Position numbers and translations under genes: made by a program. The notes below the pieces were generated by a model. It saw nothing but the letters and a program-made list of their open reading frames with translations, had not been told where the DNA came from and searched no databases. From positions 1 to 14,620 of the forward strand of contig JBQTHX010000051.1 in NCBI GenBank assembly GCA_052389415.1: a stretch of DNA of 14,620 nt, in the 5' to 3' direction. Below, in pieces: positions 9,404-14,620 of this stretch. How positions within the stretch are numbered: position 1 is the first letter of the stretch; each line of letters starts with the position of its first letter. Origin of the DNA: Nitrosopumilaceae archaeon (GTDB lineage Archaea > Thermoproteota > Nitrososphaeria > Nitrososphaerales > Nitrosopumilaceae).

Positions 9404-10128
9404 ACACGAATTATTCCCTTTTCCACAAGATACTGGATTCCTTTAACAAAATCATCATCAGTTATCAGTCCATCTGACCACCACATGGCATTGTTTTTTA
9501 CCCAGTCAGGAACCTTTGTCTCTGCTACTCCAGAGGCAGGGGGAGGAAGGTTTGGAATTCTCATAATTCCCTCCTTTATCATGTACTCTATACCGTTTGT
9601 AAAGTCAGATTCTCTAATGGCACCTTCTGCAAACCACTTGGCATTGTCTTTAATCCAGTCAGGAATGCTAGTAGCTGCCTCTTTGCCAACAGAAGTTACA
9701 TGCATCTGAATTGTCTCAACCGCGGGATCATTTTCAGAGTTTAGCGAAAGGTTTGTTATAAAAATGTCAGAAAAAGTAATCTTGGTCTCGCATTTGCCGT
9801 CCTGACATACTGCCAGACTTGCAGTCTTGATATGTTTTCCACTAACTGAACTCTCAAAAAGTACAGGAGAGGATTTGTCTATTTGCTTGTGTATTGTAAG
9901 TTTGTTATCTTCTCCTGATTCAAGTCTTACAGAACCAGATACAAAGTCTAGATCTGATTCATTGTACTGGACAGAATACAACTGAATCCATCCACTTTCT
10001 CCCAATATGGTAGACTCGCCATCAATCCCATCTAATTTCAAAAAATAGTCTACTTGGGCAGAATAGGAATTGGCCAAAAATGAAGAACTAAACAAAACTG
10101 AAACTAGAAAAAAAACTGTCTTTCTCAT
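9400..10128 (-). CDS. Secreted diverged Hcp/TssD-like domain fused to a duplicated thaumarchaeal IPxWIKxNAxW domain
   Basis: Signal peptide of ~24 aa (..NSYSA). Hcp motifs DYFLKLDGIDGES, KQIDKSSPVLF, SGKHIK, ITFSDIFIT. C-terminal IPDWIKDNAKWFAEGAI..F..GIEYMIKEGI and VPDWVKNNAMWWSDGLITDDDFVKGIQYLVEKGII. Stop codon overlaps the alkD stop. Confidence 0.85.
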   Translation of the reverse strand: MRKTVFFLVSVLFSSSFLANSYSAQVDYFLKLDGIDGESTILGESGWIQLYSVQYNESDLDFVSGSVRLESGEDNKLTIHKQIDKSSPVLFESSVSGKHIKTASLAVCQDGKCETKITFSDIFITNLSLNSENDPAVETIQMHVTSVGKEAATSIPDWIKDNAKWFAEGAIRESDFTNGIEYMIKEGIMRIPNLPPPASGVAETKVPDWVKNNAMWWSDGLITDDDFVKGIQYLVEKGIIRV

Positions 10129-10209
10129 TTATTCAACTACTTTTTGCTGTCTATTAAACAATAAGTTCAATTTTACGAAGAGCTTAATAACATCAAAAAA
10201 TAATTAATT
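10129..10209. promoter_or_regulatory. Back-to-back archaeal promoters for the two Hcp genes (probably leaderless transcripts)
   Basis: Plus strand: purine-rich cgaagag and cttaataa (10183-10190) about 20 nt before TTG 10210. Minus strand: tttaatag (10151-10158) about 23 nt before ATG 10128. Confidence 0.55.
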
Positions 10210-10761
10210 TTGTTGAAGAATCTCTGGCTTTTACCAATATTATTTGCAATCTTAATTACATCAAGCTTTTCTAACGCATTTGCAGCTTCAGATTATTTCC
10301 TAAAAATTGAAGGAGTTGAAGGAGAGTCCACTGATGACAAACACAAAGGCACTATCGAGATAGATTCTTTCTCTTGGGGCGTTTCAAATGCAGGTTCTAT
10401 GGCTAGTGGAGGCGGAGGTGGAGCTGGCAAGGCAACATTTCAGGATATGCACTTTACGATGAAAGTTGGTAAGGCTTCACCAAAATTAATGATGGCAGTT
10501 GCTACAGGTGAACACATAAAACAAGTCGACCTGATGTTACGCAAGGCTGGAAGCACACAAATGGATTACTATACAATCACTCTAAGTGATGTTTTGGTAA
10601 CATCCTACTCTACTTCGGGAGAATCGGGTCAAGTACCGACAGAACAAATATCGCTAAACTATGCAAAGATAGAGTTCCAGTACATTCCGATAAATCCAGA
10701 TGGTAGGGCCGGTGAGGCAGTAAAGGCTGGTTATGACGTTAAAGCAAACGTGAAAATATAG
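10210..10761 (+). CDS. hcp: Hcp/TssD family (type VI secretion tube) protein with an N-terminal Sec signal peptide
   Basis: Mature region resembles Hcp1 end to end: DYFLKIEGVEGES.D..H...I...SFSWGVS, GGGGGAGKATFQD, ASPKLMMA.ATGEHI, LRKAG..Y.ITLSDVLVTS, TEQISLNYAKIEFQY, GYDVKAN. It is preceded by the 25-aa MLKNLWLLPILFAILITSSFSNAFA. Confidence 0.93.
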   Translation: MLKNLWLLPILFAILITSSFSNAFAASDYFLKIEGVEGESTDDKHKGTIEIDSFSWGVSNAGSMASGGGGGAGKATFQDMHFTMKVGKASPKLMMAVATGEHIKQVDLMLRKAGSTQMDYYTITLSDVLVTSYSTSGESGQVPTEQISLNYAKIEFQYIPINPDGRAGEAVKAGYDVKANVKI

Positions 10762-10824
10762 ATTTAGAAATAACTCTAGGAACCTATTTTGAAAAATTTC
10801 ATGTAACACAAAACAAAATCTTTT

Positions 10825-10908
10825 TTTCAAATTTGGAAAATTAGTTTTTTTACAAAACCTTCCAACTAGGAACCAATTTCCCAATTTTGGAAGATCGTCC
10901 TATTATAT
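10825..10908 (+). promoter_or_regulatory. TTCC-N6-GGAA-like palindromes and TATA box upstream of the 10929 gene
   Basis: TTTCAAATTTGGAA (10825), TTCCAACTAGGAA (10860, N5), TCCCAATTTTGGAA (10879), then tattatat at ~10901. Confidence 0.55.
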
Positions 10909-10928
10909 TTCTTTGATTATATTGAATT

Positions 10929-11759
10929 ATGATGGGTTACAGAAAATTTTTTGTAATGATTTTTGTGATATCATTGTCAACAATTTCATTTTATCATATA
11001 TATGCACAAACTACTCCGCCAATTTTACTTGTATCAAAGTTTTATGATTCAAATGGCAACGGGCTATTTGATTCAGGAATAGACCAGCATATTACAAATT
11101 GGAAGATCTCAGTCAATGGGGAAATAAAAAATACTCAATATGTAACCTTCTCTACTCCTGGTACTGTAATAAAAGTAACGGAGCTTGATCCAGTTGAAAA
11201 AAATTGGATTGCAACAACACCAAAATCTGTCACCAACACAATGGTAACAGGTAGATTAACTCAAGTACAATTTGGTAACATGTGCATTGATGGTGGAAAT
11301 GGTGAAGCTGTAGGATTTTGGGCAAACCAAAACGGTCAAACAATTATCAACGATAACAACGAAGTTGATTCTGAGCTAACATTGTTACAAAATCTAAATC
11401 TAAAGGATGGTACGGGTGCAGACTTTGATCCTACATCATATGATGAGCTAAAGGATTGGTTACTTGGAGCAAACTCTGAAAATAGCCCATACATGTTATC
11501 AGCGCAACTTGCTGCTATGGTACTAAATGTAGAGTCTGGATTTGTATTGGGGAATTCATATCTTGAATCTGAAGAGCCAGGCCCTTCAGATTTTATCAAA
11601 ATAAATACCCTAATCGAAATGGCAAATAATTCATTGGCAGCTGGAGATCCAAAAGAGATCCAGGAGTCTCTAAAAAATGCATTAGAAGAGGGAAATAACG
11701 GAGGAAATTACATCCGACCTCCTCCCTGCCCCTTCACTTTTAAAAAGAATTCAAACTAA
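10929..11759 (+). CDS. Secreted hypothetical protein: SdrD-B/prealbumin-like N-terminal domain plus helical 'GFWxN...LSAQLAAxxLN' domain
   Basis: Signal peptide ends in IYA. KFYDSNGNGLFD Ca-loop-like motif, then VTE...W.ATTP and VQFGN. GFWAN and LSAQLAAMVLNV motifs. Two Cys. Confidence 0.8.
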   Translation: MMGYRKFFVMIFVISLSTISFYHIYAQTTPPILLVSKFYDSNGNGLFDSGIDQHITNWKISVNGEIKNTQYVTFSTPGTVIKVTELDPVEKNWIATTPKSVTNTMVTGRLTQVQFGNMCIDGGNGEAVGFWANQNGQTIINDNNEVDSELTLLQNLNLKDGTGADFDPTSYDELKDWLLGANSENSPYMLSAQLAAMVLNVESGFVLGNSYLESEEPGPSDFIKINTLIEMANNSLAAGDPKEIQESLKNALEEGNNGGNYIRPPPCPFTFKKNSN

Positions 11760-11955
11760 GGTTAAACAAATCTCATTTTATCCAGATAGTTATTGATAAA
11801 GTCTGCTCATCAAAGATGCGTGGAGATAATATTTGATTGATAGTCTTGAATCTCATTGGATATCAATTACAGATCAGTACAAGACCATATTTGGGAATAC
11901 GTGGCTACTAGTGGATCTAAAGAAATTTATAAAAAAACTATTAAGATGATACAAC

Positions 11956-13905
11956 TTGGCTAGATTACAATTAAAATTATTATTTGCTATTTCCGTTCTA
12001 GTACTTGGAATGGTCAGCATGGGAGGCACTGCCTATGCAGACAAGGGTGGAATTCCAAATGAAAATGCAAGCAAGAACAAATCAAAAAACCAAAGTGATG
12101 ATGACGACTCGGATGACAAGGTAAAGCAAAAGGGAAAGAAGGAAAAGGAAGAAAAGAAAGAAAAAGACGAAAAGGAAAAGCAAAACAAGGGTAAGGATAA
12201 AAAACAAAAAGAGAAACAACACTCAAAGAAAGGAAAGAAAAAGACTACGATCTGTCACATTCCGCCAGGCAACCCATCTAATGCAAGAACAATCTCGATC
12301 TCAAACAAGGCAGTAGCTGCACACTTGGCACATGGAGATCATGTAGGCAGATGTACCGCTGAAGAAAGTGGTGGAGGTTCAGGTGGCGGATCAGGTGGAG
12401 GAAATAATAATGCCCCCAAAGTTTCTAGTGTCTCATCAACCAACCAAGACGGTTCATATCATGCTGGTGACACAATTGCAGTTACTGTCTCATTTAACAA
12501 AGCAATGACTGTAACCGGTTCACCAAAATTACAACTAGAGACAGGTGCAACTGATAGATCTGCAAATTATGTCTCAGGTTCAGGAACCAATAAACTGACA
12601 TTTAATTATCTAGTCCAGTCAGGCGACATTTCTAGCGACTTGGATTATGTATCAACAAACGCTCTGTCCTTAAACGGAGGAACGATTAGAGATTCTGCAA
12701 ACACAAATGCAAATCTTACTTTACCAGCACCAGGAGCTGCAAATTCTCTTGCGGCAAATAAGAACATCGTTATCACAACAACAAATCCTGCAGTGGCTAG
12801 TGTTTCATCGACTAATGCAAACGGTGCATATGTTGCAGGAAATAATATTGCAATCACAATAACGTTTTCAGAATCTGTTACTGTAACGGGTACTCCACGT
12901 CTTCAGCTGGAGACTGGGACAACTGACAGAACAATAAATTATGCAAGCGGTTCTGGCACTAACACATTGACATTTAATTATGTAGTTCAATCAGGTGACT
13001 CGACAAGTGATCTTGACTATGTATCTACTACTTCACTGACACTAAACGGTGGAACGATAAAAGACACTGCAACAAACACTAACAATGCTGTACTGACCCT
13101 GTCAGCACCGGGAGCATTAAACTCACTAGGCGCAAACAAGAACATTTCAATTGATACTGTTTCACCTGTTGTAACAAACGTCTCTGCAACAACTGCTAAC
13201 GGTGCATACAACACTGGCGATACAATATCTATTACGGTAACATTTAGCCAATCAGTTGTTGTAACAGGAACACCACAATTGTTACTAGAAACAGGAACCA
13301 CTGACAGGCAATCAAATTATGCGAGTGGCTCTAGTACCACTACACTAACATTTGATTACATTGTCCAGCCAGGCGACTCGACAAGTGATCTTGATTATCT
13401 TACATCTACCTCATTAACACTAAACGGTGGAACCATAAAGGATGGAGCAACAAACACTAACAATGCTGTACTTACTCTCCCATCACCTGGTTTAGCAGGT
13501 TCGCTAGGCGCAAATAAGAACATCATAATTGATGCTGTGGCACCAACCGTGACTAACGTCTCATCTAACTCCGCCAATGGATCATACAACGTAGGCCAGA
13601 TTATTGCAGTCACGGTAACATTTAGTGAGGACGTCAATGTTTCGGGCTCGCCACGATTGCTTCTTGAAACAGGTACCACTGACAGATTTGCAACCTTTGT
13701 CAGCGGCTCTGGAACAAACACATTGACATTTAATTATCAAGTTCAAATAGGTGATTCTACAGCTGATCTTGATTATGTTTCTGCCACATCACTTGAGCTA
13801 AATGGTGGAACCATTAGCGATGCTGTAAGCAACAACGCAGTTCTTACCTTGCCGGTGCCAGGAGCAGTTGGTTCTCTTGGTCTAAACAAAAACATTGTAA
13901 TCTAG
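11956..13905 (+). CDS. Secreted adhesin-like protein: Lys/Glu-rich segment, Cys/His module, Gly-Ser linker, four tandem ~125-aa Ig-like repeats
   Basis: Signal peptide ends in [26 protein letters not shown], then [11 protein letters not shown]. Repeat consensus PxVxxVS..G.Y..G..I.xTxxF...VxGxPxLxLETGxTDR..SGS..LTFxY.VQ.GD...DLDY...LNGGTI.D. TATA tttataaa at 11926-11933. Confidence 0.9.
   Translation: MARLQLKLLFAISVLVLGMVSMGGTAYADKGGIPNENASKNKSKNQSDDDDSDDKVKQKGKKEKEEKKEKDEKEKQNKGKDKKQKEKQHSKKGKKKTTICHIPPGNPSNARTISISNKAVAAHLAHGDHVGRCTAEESGGGSGGGSGGGNNNAPKVSSVSSTNQDGSYHAGDTIAVTVSFNKAMTVTGSPKLQLETGATDRSANYVSGSGTNKLTFNYLVQSGDISSDLDYVSTNALSLNGGTIRDSANTNANLTLPAPGAANSLAANKNIVITTTNPAVASVSSTNANGAYVAGNNIAITITFSESVTVTGTPRLQLETGTTDRTINYASGSGTNTLTFNYVVQSGDSTSDLDYVSTTSLTLNGGTIKDTATNTNNAVLTLSAPGALNSLGANKNISIDTVSPVVTNVSATTANGAYNTGDTISITVTFSQSVVVTGTPQLLLETGTTDRQSNYASGSSTTTLTFDYIVQPGDSTSDLDYLTSTSLTLNGGTIKDGATNTNNAVLTLPSPGLAGSLGANKNIIIDAVAPTVTNVSSNSANGSYNVGQIIAVTVTFSEDVNVSGSPRLLLETGTTDRFATFVSGSGTNTLTFNYQVQIGDSTADLDYVSATSLELNGGTISDAVSNNAVLTLPVPGAVGSLGLNKNIVI
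12412..13902 (+). repeat. Four tandem domain-coding repeats (372/378/378-nt period)
   Basis: Repeat-initial Pro codons at 12415, 12787, 13165 and 13543; copies 2 and 3 share gactcgacaagtgatcttga and caacaaacactaacaatgctgtact. Confidence 0.92.
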
Positions 13906-13913
13906 TTTTTTTT
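13906..13913 (+). terminator. Oligo-T archaeal terminator candidate
   Basis: T8 tract immediately after the TAG at 13905. Confidence 0.5.
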
Positions 13914-14177
13914 GGAAATTTTCTTTTCATTTTAAATCTTAGAATTTTTAAAAAATCAAATTTGCAGGAAAACCAATTGAAACCCACAATTAATTTATTA
14001 TTTTTCTAAAATTGCGATCAGATTATTTTTTTAGACAAATTTTATGAAATATTGTCTGATATATTTTCAGTAATGTTCCATTATTGAAAATAGTGTTACC
14101 AATTCCAGAAACAAGTTTCCCATTTTTGACACGACCAACTTTTATAGACGATTTGCTATCGCGGATCGTACAAGGTT

Positions 14178-14620
14178 ATGTCTGGGGATAGGAATCTCAC
14201 GAAATTACGAGGTATAATACTAGCTGTTATTCTAGTCAGCGGAGCTCTGACTATAACAATTCCATCTACAATTCCAGATGCATATGCAATTGGAAACAAA
14301 CCATCAAAAGTTGAAAATCTTATTTTAATTATCTCTTCAACACAAATTCGTTTAATCTGGGATGAGCCAGCAAGTAATGGAGCGCCAATTACAGGATATC
14401 ATATAGAGATCCAGTTTCCAGGAAGTATAGGATTTGCCGACGTTATTGCAAATACAGGCAACACAAACACCAACTATCTAGTAACTGGTCTGTCTGCATC
14501 AACTACTTATAGTTTCAAGGTTAGCGCAATAAACTCATTTGGTGAGGGACCATCATCAAATGAGAAACAAGGAACAACACTTCCAGCTCCTACTGTTACA
14601 CTCTCATCTCCAGCTCCAGA
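14178..14620 (+). CDS. Secreted fibronectin type III domain protein, 3'-truncated (not in the ORF track)
   Basis: Manual translation: MSGDRNLTKLRGIILAVILVSGALTITIPSTIPDAYA-IGNKPSKVENL..SSTQIRLIWDEPASNGAPITGYHIE..YLVTGLSASTTYSFKVSAINSFGEGPSSN. Open to the window end; TATA ttttatag at 14140-14147. Confidence 0.88.
   Translation, partial: MSGDRNLTKLRGIILAVILVSGALTITIPSTIPDAYAIGNKPSKVENLILIISSTQIRLIWDEPASNGAPITGYHIEIQFPGSIGFADVIANTGNTNTNYLVTGLSASTTYSFKVSAINSFGEGPSSNEKQGTTLPAPTVTLSSPAP

Noticed and set aside
9400-10761. A canonical T6SS, eCIS or prophage tail locus
   Set aside because: No sheath, VgrG/PAAR, baseplate, ATPase or phage genes are in the window, and signal peptides conflict with cytoplasmic tube assembly; the rest of the genome cannot be seen
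1790-13721. Remaining short ORFs in the track that overlap longer genes (e.g. 1790..2314, 4972..5343, 6106..6429, 7646..8005, 9485..9709, 10654..10884, 13017..13301, 13395..13721)
   Set aside because: They lie antisense to well-supported genes and show no recognisable motifs
13906-14177. AT-rich intergenic region as an ncRNA or replication origin
   Set aside because: No GC-rich stems, tRNA fold or ORB-like G-string is visible; explained by terminator plus promoter

Overview
AT-rich archaeal window, most likely from an ammonia-oxidising thaumarchaeon (Nitrososphaerota). The host call is inferred from a PEF/PEFG-CTERM sorting tail, a duplicated IPxWIKxNAxW domain and TATA boxes about 20-30 nt upstream of start codons. 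It is a cluster of mostly secreted or cell-surface protein genes: a giant Ser/Thr-rich FN3 + 3xDUF11 protein (5'-truncated), a PEF-CTERM protein, two proteins with a Cys/His 'ICHxPxGxP...HL..HGD..G.C' module, an Ig-like repeat adhesin and a 3'-truncated FN3 protein. It also holds an AlkD-type DNA repair gene, a YVTN/YncE beta-propeller and a small zinc-ribbon ORF missed by the ORF track. The standout is a divergently transcribed pair of Hcp/TssD (type VI secretion tube) homologues that both carry Sec-type signal peptides. One is a near-canonical Hcp; the other is a diverged Hcp fused to the thaumarchaeal IPDWIK domain. No other T6SS gene is in the window, suggesting a Sec-exported, T6SS-independent Hcp ring/tube system. 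A recurring TTCC-N6-GGAA palindrome lies in the promoters of several surface-protein genes.
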